Source: an uncultured Coriobacteriales bacterium
GTDB lineage: Bacteria > Actinomycetota > Coriobacteriia > Coriobacteriales > UMGS124
Assembly (NCBI GenBank): GCA_934636245.1
Contig: CAKUAI010000003.1
Location: 120,305 to 184,304 of the forward strand
Direction: 5' to 3'
Length of the DNA: 64,000 nt
Position 1 is the first letter of the stretch. The number at the start of each line of letters is the position of its first letter. Made by a program: the position numbers and the translations under genes. Shown in pieces: positions 1 to 8,287 of this stretch. Below the pieces are notes generated by a model. It worked only from the letters and a program-made list of their open reading frames with translations, had not been told where the DNA came from and ran no database searches.

Positions 1-302
1 CTCGCGGACGACACGTTTGTCGCAGGCGTTGAAGTCAAATAGCCAAGAATCACGAGGCTCACAATCAAGTCGGTATCTTCGCGGAATCCGTCGCTGCTCG
101 ACACGGGGTTTCCCATGCGGGCGAGACTCCTGCTGCCTGATAGCCCAGCTGAAGAGGGTTCTTCTGCAGATACCAGGCAAATATAGGTGAACCATAGCCG
201 GGCGCAGCCTTGGCAGCAATCACCAAGGATGATGCGAAGCATCTGGTAAACGAACTGAGTGAATGCAGCAAATGTAACCGACCGAACAGAAAGGGCATTG
301 CA

Positions 303-1616
303 ATGGAAAAGGTAATTTCTAGAAGGGAAGCGGTAAAAGGGGCAGCGTTGATGCTGCTATGCGGCATGTCGGCGACGAGCACCGCAATGGCCGCAACGAC
401 GGTTTCGGGTGGCGGTGGCGGCCGCTACTCTGCGCCTGTTTCCACGGATGACAAAAGCATTCCGAAGACAAACATCGTGACAATTGACTCGTACGATGAG
501 GTTCCTACCAGCCTCATGAACGTCGTGTTACGAAACTATCTTCAGCTGCTCGACCTTCCGTTCAGCAAGACGGGCTTCGACGCGAGCTCGCCCGATGACG
601 CGAGCTCGACGGATAAGCCGCTTTTCGAGTTGGCGAACGGCAAACTGGCCGGACAGAAGACCGACAAAGTCGCAGTGAGATATGACGCCGTTGAGACCGG
701 CGAAGAGAAGGCGTCGAAGCTATATTTCTGTGTGTACGGGGCGCTGAATGACCATTGCGAGGGCAAAACCCAGGAGGTCATCGATGCAATTGCGGCGTCT
801 CTTGGGCTCGACTCGCTGGAATACACAACCGAACAGTCCGAGGATATCAACTGCTCCATTTTGATCAAGGGCGCCGAGCTTGTTCTCGACATTACGAACA
901 ACCTCGGCCTGGTCAGCGTTGTGGTCAGGCGTTCGGAAGCGCATTCTAAAGCCGTGGGTGATGTCAGCACTGCTGGGCTCGGCAAGCTCGCCGATTGGGT
1001 CTGGAGCATTGACGCGGGTCTCTACACTGGCGAAAGCTACAACAATATGATTGCCCTGGTCAGCGAGGGCGGTGCGGCCTGGTCGGTGCTGAATGGCGCC
1101 GAGGTGACCGCCGCGGCGGTCTTTGATGCGACGAGCCAGCTCCAAAACGCCGTCGACTCGCTCGTGACGCTCATGTTCCCGTTCACGGCCAGCGACTTCA
1201 TGGTCAATCTCAATGGCGCTTTGGAGAAAGTGAAGGATAAGACCGGCGCTCTTTACGTCGCACTCCCTGGCCAAACGAAAGATGGCGGGGCCTGCATTTT
1301 CGTCTACGACTCCAACCTTAGTCAGCCGACGGTTGCAATAGCATTTCTTGACGGCGATGAGGCGACCGTGCCCAGCGCGGATGTTGGTGGAATCTGGCGG
1401 GTCTTGGTTTTCCAGACGGGTTCGCTTGACGATTTTGCTCCGATCGTGATTGCTTCGATTATGGCCGAAGACCAAACGATCGGACTAAAAACAGCGACTG
1501 ATGTGTATGGCGATACCCTCAATGCCGTGAAAAACGGTGAGGAATACTGGTACAACGGCCGTCGCTTCGGTCTCCAGGCCAGCGACACTGCCGTCTTCAT
1601 CATTTCGGCGAGCTAG
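303..1616 (+). CDS. secreted hypothetical protein with Tat/Sec-type signal peptide
   Basis: In-frame ATG at 303 inside track ORF 210..1616 gives MEKVISRREAVKGAALMLLCGMSATSTAMA (RR, hydrophobic core, AxA). No catalytic motif recognised. Shares a short module (e.g. KLYFCVYGALNDH..VIDAIAASL) with 1998..3149 and 3476..4324. Confidence 0.6.
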   Translation: MEKVISRREAVKGAALMLLCGMSATSTAMAATTVSGGGGGRYSAPVSTDDKSIPKTNIVTIDSYDEVPTSLMNVVLRNYLQLLDLPFSKTGFDASSPDDASSTDKPLFELANGKLAGQKTDKVAVRYDAVETGEEKASKLYFCVYGALNDHCEGKTQEVIDAIAASLGLDSLEYTTEQSEDINCSILIKGAELVLDITNNLGLVSVVVRRSEAHSKAVGDVSTAGLGKLADWVWSIDAGLYTGESYNNMIALVSEGGAAWSVLNGAEVTAAAVFDATSQLQNAVDSLVTLMFPFTASDFMVNLNGALEKVKDKTGALYVALPGQTKDGGACIFVYDSNLSQPTVAIAFLDGDEATVPSADVGGIWRVLVFQTGSLDDFAPIVIASIMAEDQTIGLKTATDVYGDTLNAVKNGEEYWYNGRRFGLQASDTAVFIISAS

Positions 1617-1739
1617 AGATTTTGGGCAGGCGGGGCGCTGCTGGTCAAAGGCAGCGTCCCGCCGTGTTCTGGTGGGCATGCGGAAGTTCAGCTCGGAGGT
1701 CCGCATATCTATTCGATGCCTTCGTTTAGGAGGAGACCT

Positions 1740-1979
1740 ATGACCGAAAACGGCGACAAAGGGCCAGATGAGACGAACGTTCTCATGGCCATTGGGTTGG
1801 CAATCATCGCCATCTTCATGCTCTGGTGTTTCTCATCCTGCGGCGGCCCGCCAAGCTCGTCATACCACTCGAGCAGCAGCTACTCCAGCAGCAAAAAGAG
1901 CAGCTCTGGTTGGGACGCAGCCGTTGAGGAAGCGAGCCACTACCACTACGACTCTGCGGGACACATCTACAGGGATTAA
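1740..1979 (+). CDS. small single-pass membrane protein with Ser-rich tail
   Basis: ATG 1740 in track ORF 1716..1979, with AGGAGG at 1728-1733. One TM helix (VLMAIGLAIIAIFMLWCF) followed by SSSYHSSSSYSSSKKSSS. Confidence 0.5.
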   Translation: MTENGDKGPDETNVLMAIGLAIIAIFMLWCFSSCGGPPSSSYHSSSSYSSSKKSSSGWDAAVEEASHYHYDSAGHIYRD

Positions 1980-1997
1980 AGAAAGAAGGGCATTACG

Positions 1998-3149
1998 ATG
2001 GAATTCCGCATGACAAGAAGAGAGATGCTGGTGGGGCTTGGTCTTGTTGGGACGTCGCTTTGTTTCCCGTATATCGCCCATGGAACCGAGGCTGCCCCTT
2101 CTGATTCGAACGCAGTCAAGACAAAACAAATCGTTTGGAATGAGCTGCAGTTCGACGTTCCTGCCTCTTTCGAATGGAACGAGACCGGGAATTGCAACGG
2201 CATCCAGGTCGAGTGCCCTGTATACAGCGGTTTTGACAACGGCATAGCCCAGGTCTTCTTTGTGAAGAGATGGACCGTGGACGATTTCTCGGAGGACTCA
2301 TGGGCCAACCTCCTTACCTGCGACTTGTCTGCTTGGATTGACTGCGTCGTCACCAGCGATACGATGCTGCTCGGTTTTGACTACTGGGACGCCAAGTCTT
2401 ACAACAACGGTGACGTCAGGATTCTGGCCGTGTTTGGCAAAGACCATGAGCACAGCGACGAGAAGAAAGTGTGCGCCATGGCCACGGATGGCACTTCGGC
2501 CTGGTACATATGCCTTTTTTTCACCGACAACAACGACGACGACGCCACACAACGCGCCGTTGACTTGATACTGGGCAGCGCGACGTTGGCGCAGGGAGAA
2601 GCGGACTCCATCGACAGTGCTCCTCTAATCTCTTACGAGAAAGAGACCCTTGAGACTCAGGGTCTCTCGGTCGACCTCCCTGCGGGGTACCAACAGGATG
2701 AAGGCGGGGAGCACGCTTGGAGCGGCTACGTCAACGGGGTTTACTACCAGGTGACCATCGAGACCTTGGTTTCGAAGGGGTCGGACGATTGGTATGCCGT
2801 CGGCTACATCAAGGATGCCGACGGGCTTGAGTCCATAGCCAAGGAGTGCATTCTCAGCGACCCCGAACAATCCAACGTCGTGGTGTTTGGCAACAAGAGC
2901 TATTCGAATGAACACGTCGACGTGGCCGCGCTCTTCTGTTACATGGACTCTGACCCTGACAACGACCTGGTTATTGCTGCCGTTGTCGGTCGGGAGAGGG
3001 CCTGGCTTGTCGGGGTATGGGTGCAGTGCGAGGGTGATGACGAGATGGCCATCTCCCTTGTTGACCAGATTGCGGCGAGTATGACCGACGAGGCCGAGAC
3101 GAAACGAGGCAAGGCAGCCCTGCTGGAAAAGAGCAAGGCGAGGGGCTAG
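1998..3149 (+). CDS. secreted hypothetical protein (RR signal), internally duplicated domain
   Basis: N-terminus MEFRMTRREMLVGLGLVGTSLCFPYIAHG. Two halves each end in a similar module (AWYICLFFTDNNDDDATQRAVDLILGSATL / AWLVGVWVQCEGDDEMAISLVDQIAASMTD). Confidence 0.6.
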   Translation: MEFRMTRREMLVGLGLVGTSLCFPYIAHGTEAAPSDSNAVKTKQIVWNELQFDVPASFEWNETGNCNGIQVECPVYSGFDNGIAQVFFVKRWTVDDFSEDSWANLLTCDLSAWIDCVVTSDTMLLGFDYWDAKSYNNGDVRILAVFGKDHEHSDEKKVCAMATDGTSAWYICLFFTDNNDDDATQRAVDLILGSATLAQGEADSIDSAPLISYEKETLETQGLSVDLPAGYQQDEGGEHAWSGYVNGVYYQVTIETLVSKGSDDWYAVGYIKDADGLESIAKECILSDPEQSNVVVFGNKSYSNEHVDVAALFCYMDSDPDNDLVIAAVVGRERAWLVGVWVQCEGDDEMAISLVDQIAASMTDEAETKRGKAALLEKSKARG

Positions 3150-3189
3150 TCAATCGTTGGACATTCATATCAAGAGGAGATGATTCACC

Positions 3190-3390
3190 GTGTACACACC
3201 GCCTGGGTTCATTGTCCTGATAATCGCAATTGTCCTGCTGATTGCCTACATCCTGCTCATCAACCTCTTCATCGGGGTTGTCGAGGCCAAGGGCTACGCC
3301 GTCGCGAGCTGGCAGCTGTGGTTCCTCGGCATCGTCTTCACGCCGCTTGTGGTGGCGCTGTACGCTGCGATTCTGCCCGATAGGGGGTAG
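3190..3390 (+). CDS. small two-TM membrane protein
   Basis: GTG start at 3190 with GAGGAG about 10 nt upstream. Two hydrophobic helices (FIVLIIAIVLLIAYILLINLFIG; WFLGIVFTPLVVALYAAIL). Confidence 0.5.
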   Translation: MYTPPGFIVLIIAIVLLIAYILLINLFIGVVEAKGYAVASWQLWFLGIVFTPLVVALYAAILPDRG

Positions 3391-3475
3391 AAGATGTACT
3401 CACCCGCAACTCAAAGCGTCGTTCCCTGTGAGAGAGGCTGGTGACGGCGCTATATCGTAGTGATTGGAGGAGCAT

Positions 3476-4324
3476 ATGAAACGCAGAACGTTTCTTGCAT
3501 CGGCAGCAACTGTGCTCAGCTCGATTGTGTGGTCACCGTGCCTTGCGTTGGCGAAGGCTGACTTCTCTTTCTTGGACGAAATGTCTGAAGAGGAGCTTGA
3601 GGAGTTGCAGGCAGAGGTGCGGAATCGTCTGAGGGGTATGGATAGGGCGAATGAGTTTGGAACTGTCGTCGTCACTGCCGTCACTGAAGGCGAGATTACG
3701 TTCAGGGGGATACCGTGGGGAGCTACAATGAACGAAACGTGTGGACTGCTTGAGGCGGACGGGTTGCGCAGCGGTCAAGCCGTGGGACACGATATATACA
3801 GGCCATCCTTAATTTCTTACAGAAATTGCAGCCATGCCGGAGATAGCGTCGAAGACGGCGGAATTCAAATCGATTACAGCGATGTTCCGGTCGCCGGGTC
3901 TGCGGCGGAGGCGACCCTTTGCTTCAGGTACCCGCTCGATGACGACGGGCGGCTTGATTGCTCGGACGGTAGCGCTCAGTTCTACCTCGCACGCTACGCC
4001 CTGACCTTTGACGACCCGCTCGGAGCGTATAGTGACATAAAGGCAAAGCTCGATGGCGTATACGGTGAATGCTCTGTGTCGTCCGAGGGAGGTTGGGCCG
4101 ATGACAGGGCGAACACCTGGACTGACAAAGACGGCAACTGGGTCAGGCTCTCGCTTTATGAAGGCTATGATGAGTACACCTATTCGGGATATATCCTGCT
4201 GATTTACTGTGCTTCCGGAGCTGAGGATGCTCTCGATGAGATTGAGGGCGCGGCTCGACGGCTGAGGGTGGATGCGGAACGGGGCAAGCGCGAGACAAAT
4301 CAAGGCAATGTCTCTGGCCTGTAA
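3476..4324 (+). CDS. secreted hypothetical protein (RR signal)
   Basis: ATG 3476 (GGAGGAG upstream) gives MKRRTFLASAATVLSSIVWSPCLALA. C-terminal module YILLIYCASGAEDALDEIEGA resembles the modules in 303..1616 and 1998..3149. Confidence 0.6.
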   Translation: MKRRTFLASAATVLSSIVWSPCLALAKADFSFLDEMSEEELEELQAEVRNRLRGMDRANEFGTVVVTAVTEGEITFRGIPWGATMNETCGLLEADGLRSGQAVGHDIYRPSLISYRNCSHAGDSVEDGGIQIDYSDVPVAGSAAEATLCFRYPLDDDGRLDCSDGSAQFYLARYALTFDDPLGAYSDIKAKLDGVYGECSVSSEGGWADDRANTWTDKDGNWVRLSLYEGYDEYTYSGYILLIYCASGAEDALDEIEGAARRLRVDAERGKRETNQGNVSGL

Positions 4325-4363
4325 TTAAAACAAGCAAAAGATGCCAGAACGGCGTTGGCTATC

Positions 4364-4389
4364 AAGACCCGCTTCATGCGGGTCTTTTC
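4364..4389 (+). terminator. intrinsic terminator after the secreted-protein cluster
   Basis: AAGACCCGC-ttcat-GCGGGTCTT followed by a T-run, 40 nt after the stop at 4324. Confidence 0.7.
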
Positions 4390-4408
4390 ATATAAGCAAG
4401 TAAAGTTA

Positions 4409-4597
4409 GTCGTGCACGCTGGTATCGGAATGCGAGATGGCTTCGCCACCCGCAAGGCGAGGAACGGCATAAGCCCTGCGAGGCTGAAGTACATCATGGG
4501 GCATGCAGACATCGCGACCACGTACAACATCTACACCCACCTGGGCTTCGAGGATGTGCGTGAGGAGGTGCTGAGGATTGAGAGGGAGGGTCTCTGA
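4409..4597 (+). pseudogene. C-terminal remnant of a tyrosine recombinase / phage-type integrase
   Basis: Track ORF 4355..4597 ends ..GIGMRDGFATRKARNGISPARLKYIMGHADIATTYNIYTHLGFEDV. This matches the conserved box II region (hRHxFAT ... LGH..i.tT..YtH with catalytic Tyr). There is no N-terminal or core domain, and the ORF 5-prime end overlaps the preceding terminator. Confidence 0.7.
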
Positions 4598-4857
4598 GGA
4601 CGGCGTTTCCAGGTTGTCGTTTCAGGGATTTCCTGCTCGCACTCAGTAGCGCTGGTTGCTGAAACACCTGGTAAAGCTTGTGGTAGAAACTGTCTGAAAT
4701 CGGCTTTCTACCACATTTTGTACCAAAAATTCCCGCCTTGACGTCCATTTTGCCATCGATGTGGTGTTGTTCACGTTGGTTGACCGCATTCTCAAGCATC
4801 CCCACATATGCTATTCTACCTGCTTGAACATCGACCTTCAGCAAAGGAGCCCGCCTT

Positions 4858-5328
4858 ATGCAAACGCCCATCCGAATCCTTTTCGTCTGCAAGGGCAACA
4901 TCTGTAGGTCGCCCATGTGTGAGTTCGTGATGCGGGATTTGGCCATGAGGGCGGGGAGGGCCAACGAGTTCCGCATCGCTTCGGCGGCCACCACGAGCGA
5001 GGAAATCGGCAACTCGGTGCATCCTGGCACCAAGCGCATGCTTGCGGCGCACGACATTGCTTGCGTGGGCAAGACGGCCCGCCAAGTCAAGCGCGACGAG
5101 TACAAGAGCTGGGATCTTGTCGTTGCAATGGACGATGAGAACGTTTGCGACCTCATGCGCGTCTTTCGCAACGACCCCGAGCACAAGGTGCACAAGCTCA
5201 TGGAATACGTTGAGGGAGGCGACCTCACCACCGCCCGCGCCGTCGCCGACCCCTGGTATACCGGCGACTTCGAGACGACCTGGAATGACGTCCTCGCCGG
5301 TTGTCAGGGGATTCTCGCCGCAATGTAG
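4858..5328 (+). CDS. low-molecular-weight protein-tyrosine phosphatase (LMW-PTP)
   Basis: P-loop CX5R(S) motif ILFVCKGNICRSPM near the N-terminus, and a DP general-acid motif (ADPWYTG) near the C-terminus. 156 aa. Confidence 0.85.
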   Translation: MQTPIRILFVCKGNICRSPMCEFVMRDLAMRAGRANEFRIASAATTSEEIGNSVHPGTKRMLAAHDIACVGKTARQVKRDEYKSWDLVVAMDDENVCDLMRVFRNDPEHKVHKLMEYVEGGDLTTARAVADPWYTGDFETTWNDVLAGCQGILAAM

Positions 5329-5350
5329 GGGTTGGCAGCCGAGCTGCCCC

Positions 5351-5494
5351 GAAAAAGGCCGTATGTTTGCGTTTTAATTTGACCGGGTAAGGTAGCCGAC
5401 CATATGCGCCTAACGTTTTGCCTGGTAGATTGACTGCTGCTTCAGCGGGCTACTCTGCTTGCTGGATTAAAACGCAAACATGCACGTTTTTTGC
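5351..5494. mobile_element. MITE-like repeat, family 1, copy 1
   Basis: Terminal inverted repeats GAAAAAGGCCGTATGTTTGCGTTTTAAT ... ATTAAAACGCAAACATGCACGTTTTTTGC, with central CCTGGTAGAT. The same architecture occurs at 10402, 14615 and 19149. Confidence 0.75.
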
Positions 5495-5893
5495 GATGCA
5501 GGCAGTCATATGGCGCGCATGATTGGCCTACTGCCACAGTGGGCGCTCCGACTGCGTGTCTGTTGAGTAATCGCTTGTAATAATCAAGCGATTCTATCTG
5601 CTTAATTACTTAACGATGTACAAGGCGGGTATACATGGCACCTGCTGCGACGACGAGGCGCTCGCCATCCTCGTGAGCGGCCTGCACGCTGCGCAAACGA
5701 GGAGATTGGACTATCTTGCCGAAAGGCTGAGGAGCCGTGTGTGCACCGTCACGGACGTAATGGCCGTGCTGAAACATCGAGCCTAGAGCAGGAGCGACTG
5801 CAAAGAAAGCGGGGCCGAGCCCCCGGAAAGATCCTCGGGCTCGGTCCCGCACTGGTTTAGCGTGAGGTGGCGCGCTCGTGCATTGGCTGTTCG

Positions 5894-7642
5894 TTACGCC
5901 CCAGCGACGACGTTCTTGCCAGCGACGTAGCCGTAGAACAGGCCCATGGAGCGGGCGATGCCGGCCACGGCGATGGGGTACTGCACGGTGAAGCGGCTGC
6001 CCTGGATGTTGCCGGCGACGTAGAGGCCGGGGATGATCTTGCGGTCGCGGTCGTAGACGTGGCACTCCTCGTCGCTTTCAAGGCCGCCCACGCATGCCAG
6101 CGATGCGGCCGGGCTGAAGGTCGACGCATAGAACGGGCCGGTCTCGATGGGGAAGAGGCGCTTGGAGCTTTTGCCGAAGTCCTCGTCATAGCCACCTGCG
6201 CACAGCTCGTTGTAACGCTCGACTGCCTTGGCTGCGGCTTCGGCGTCGATGTCGAGCTGGGCAAAAAGCTCCTCGAGCGTGTCACCCTTGACGAGGGTTC
6301 CCTGCTCGACGCCGTCCTCGACGGCCTTGGGATAGATGATGGCCTCGGGCTCAATCATCGACTCGGTGATGCTCGCCTGATCATCGTCGACGTAGTAGCT
6401 CTTGGAGCCATGCGCAGGGGGCATGAAGGGAATTGCGGCAGGCCAGTTGGCGTCGAAAATCATGTAGCCTGTCATGTCGCGCTGGATCTCGAGCTGGTTT
6501 TCAAGCTGCTGGCCGGGAACCTCCTCGTTCATAAAGCGGTTGCCGTCCTTGTTGAGCAGCAGGAACGGCGTGCAACCCAGGGGACCCGAACCCATGTGGT
6601 GAATCATGAGGGCGTGGCGCAGCTGGATCATCGCGCCGGCCCAGTCGCCCATGACCAGGCCCTCGCCCTGTGCCACAGGGTCACCGTTGGGGTCGCGGAA
6701 CATGCCCATGCGCATGTTGCCGTTGTAAATCTGCTCGGGCAGGAAGAACTTGACGAACTGGTCGTTGGCAACGTAGTCGCCACAGGCCAGCACGACGCCC
6801 TTCGAGGCGGTCGCCTTGATGTACTTGCCGGTGTTGTAATTGTAGGCGTACACGCCGGTGACGCGGCCCGAATCGTCTTTGATGAGCTGCTCGACGCGCG
6901 TCTCGTAGTAACCCTTGCCACCGTTCTCCTCGGCGTATTCGAGCGCCATGGCGTCAAGCTCGCGGCCGCAGATGGCAGCGGAAGTGGGGTAGGTGGGGTA
7001 GGCCTCCTGCGTGTAGTCGTACTCCTCGGGCTGAGGCCAGCACAGAGGGGTCACGTAGTGGTCCTGGTCGCCGTTGGGCGGGAAGTCGTACATGTCCTTG
7101 CAGATGTAAATGTCGGGAGCGATTTTGAAGTACCAGTCGAACACGTCGCCTACCTCGTCGAACCAGCGCGTGTAGATGGAACGCTTCGCGAAGTAGCCGC
7201 CCTCGTCCATCTCGTGGTTGACAACCTCGTCGCGGTCGAGAATGCCGTAGTTGCCCCAAACCTTGTTAGCTTCGGAATTGATGATGGCGAACTGACGACC
7301 CGGCGCCGTGTTGCCCGTCGTCTTCTCGAACCAGACGACCTCGGCACCCTCTTCAACGGCGGCGCGGATTGCAGTGCAGCCGGCGATGCCGCAGCCCACA
7401 ACGATGACCTCGGTGTCTACCTCTTCCTCGACCATGTCGTCGGTAATTGCAGGCGGTTCGGCGGCCCAGGGATAGTCGGGGCGGGTGCCGTTGGGTGCCG
7501 CAGGGGCGCTGTCCTGGCCATCGCCTGCGGGAGGCTCGCCTGCGGGTGCCTCTTCGGCCAGGGCAACCGAGGCGGCGGCGATGCTTGCGCCAGCGGCGCC
7601 TGCTGCGGCGATAAACGTACGGCGGTTGAGCGCTGTGTTCAT
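5894..7642 (-). CDS. Tat-exported FAD-dependent oxidoreductase, fumarate reductase/flavocytochrome c flavoprotein family (substrate unknown)
   Basis: ATG 7642 (aa 79 of track ORF 5894..7876) gives MNTALNRRTFIAAAGAAGASIAAASVALA. Dinucleotide fold VIVVGCGIAGCTAIRAAVEEGAEVVWFEK. C-terminal IPGLYVAGN motif. Confidence 0.85.
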   Translation of the reverse strand: MNTALNRRTFIAAAGAAGASIAAASVALAEEAPAGEPPAGDGQDSAPAAPNGTRPDYPWAAEPPAITDDMVEEEVDTEVIVVGCGIAGCTAIRAAVEEGAEVVWFEKTTGNTAPGRQFAIINSEANKVWGNYGILDRDEVVNHEMDEGGYFAKRSIYTRWFDEVGDVFDWYFKIAPDIYICKDMYDFPPNGDQDHYVTPLCWPQPEEYDYTQEAYPTYPTSAAICGRELDAMALEYAEENGGKGYYETRVEQLIKDDSGRVTGVYAYNYNTGKYIKATASKGVVLACGDYVANDQFVKFFLPEQIYNGNMRMGMFRDPNGDPVAQGEGLVMGDWAGAMIQLRHALMIHHMGSGPLGCTPFLLLNKDGNRFMNEEVPGQQLENQLEIQRDMTGYMIFDANWPAAIPFMPPAHGSKSYYVDDDQASITESMIEPEAIIYPKAVEDGVEQGTLVKGDTLEELFAQLDIDAEAAAKAVERYNELCAGGYDEDFGKSSKRLFPIETGPFYASTFSPAASLACVGGLESDEECHVYDRDRKIIPGLYVAGNIQGSRFTVQYPIAVAGIARSMGLFYGYVAGKNVVAGA

Positions 7643-7863
7643 AACGATCCCCAATCTCTTTATGAATACCTGCTGCGTCGTGCAATGGGCAAACCGAAAT
7701 GCCTCTCGCACGCCTTGAAGCATAGAAAGCCCTGGCAGCTGAAACGGGTGAAAGTCGCATTGCGCGATGCTAGCGATGCGGCCGGGCGCGCGCCTTGGGG
7801 TCACCCGCAAGTTAGTATTGACGGTGCGTGAGCTGGAACAATCCATAGGATACTGACGACGCC

Positions 7864-7902
7864 GAATAACATACATTTCAACTCATCAAATGTATGTTAT
7901 TC
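7864..7902. promoter_or_regulatory. perfect 15-bp inverted repeat (candidate operator) in the divergent promoter region
   Basis: GAATAACATACATTT (7864-7878), 9-nt spacer, then AAATGTATGTTATTC (7888-7902). A third half-site GAAATGTATGTTG lies at 7938-7950. It sits in an AT-rich patch between the divergent reductase genes starting at 7642 (-) and 8288 (+). Confidence 0.55.
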
Positions 7903-8287
7903 GACAAAACCCCAGTTGACGAAAATCAAAATCTTCCGAAATGTATGTTGTTTTGCGCGCGGCCATCTAACCCTCCGTCCTGCGGGTTTCTTTCGCGCCC
8001 CAACCACCCCTGCCCGCGTCACGTGATTTCACGAAATCGGCGGTTTGAAAACAAGTTGAAAGTCATTCGCACATTTCGGGTGTGGCACCGGTCGGGCGGT
8101 AAGCGTTCTATATGCCCTGCGCGCCGATGCGCTGGCAGATGCATGCCTTGGCGCGAGGCGCGCACGCAAGGTTGGAGCCAGGCATGGCTCCATTCCCTGT
8201 GGACAGACGGGCGGGATAAAAACCTGCTCCCAAAGAGATTGGCAAGCGAGCCGCATGGCCCGCTTGACCGCGAAAGGAGTCTCACAC

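Noticed and set aside
1-116. Possible partial genes at the left edge: a plus-strand reading ending ..LADDTFVAGVEVK* at 42, or a minus-strand start MGNPVSSSDGFREDTDLIV.. at 116
   Set aside because: They are too short, carry no recognisable motif, and the two readings conflict. Neither can be supported from the window alone.
5867-7831. 654-aa plus-strand ORF antisense to the reductase gene. Similar long antisense ORFs occur at 8282..9694, 17263..18753, 19360..20919, 20252..21529, 21424..23838, 23857..26253, 28823..30949, 32157..33227, 34795..35736, 36295..37425, 37290..38978, 41921..42769, 46626..48446, 49235..50524, 52192..53694, 55115..56143, 59806..61452 and 61466..62383.
   Set aside because: These are typical high-GC shadow ORFs. 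Their composition is low-complexity and rich in Ala/Gly/Arg/Val/His/Asp. They have no signal, motif or RBS. Each fully overlaps a motif-supported gene on the other strand.
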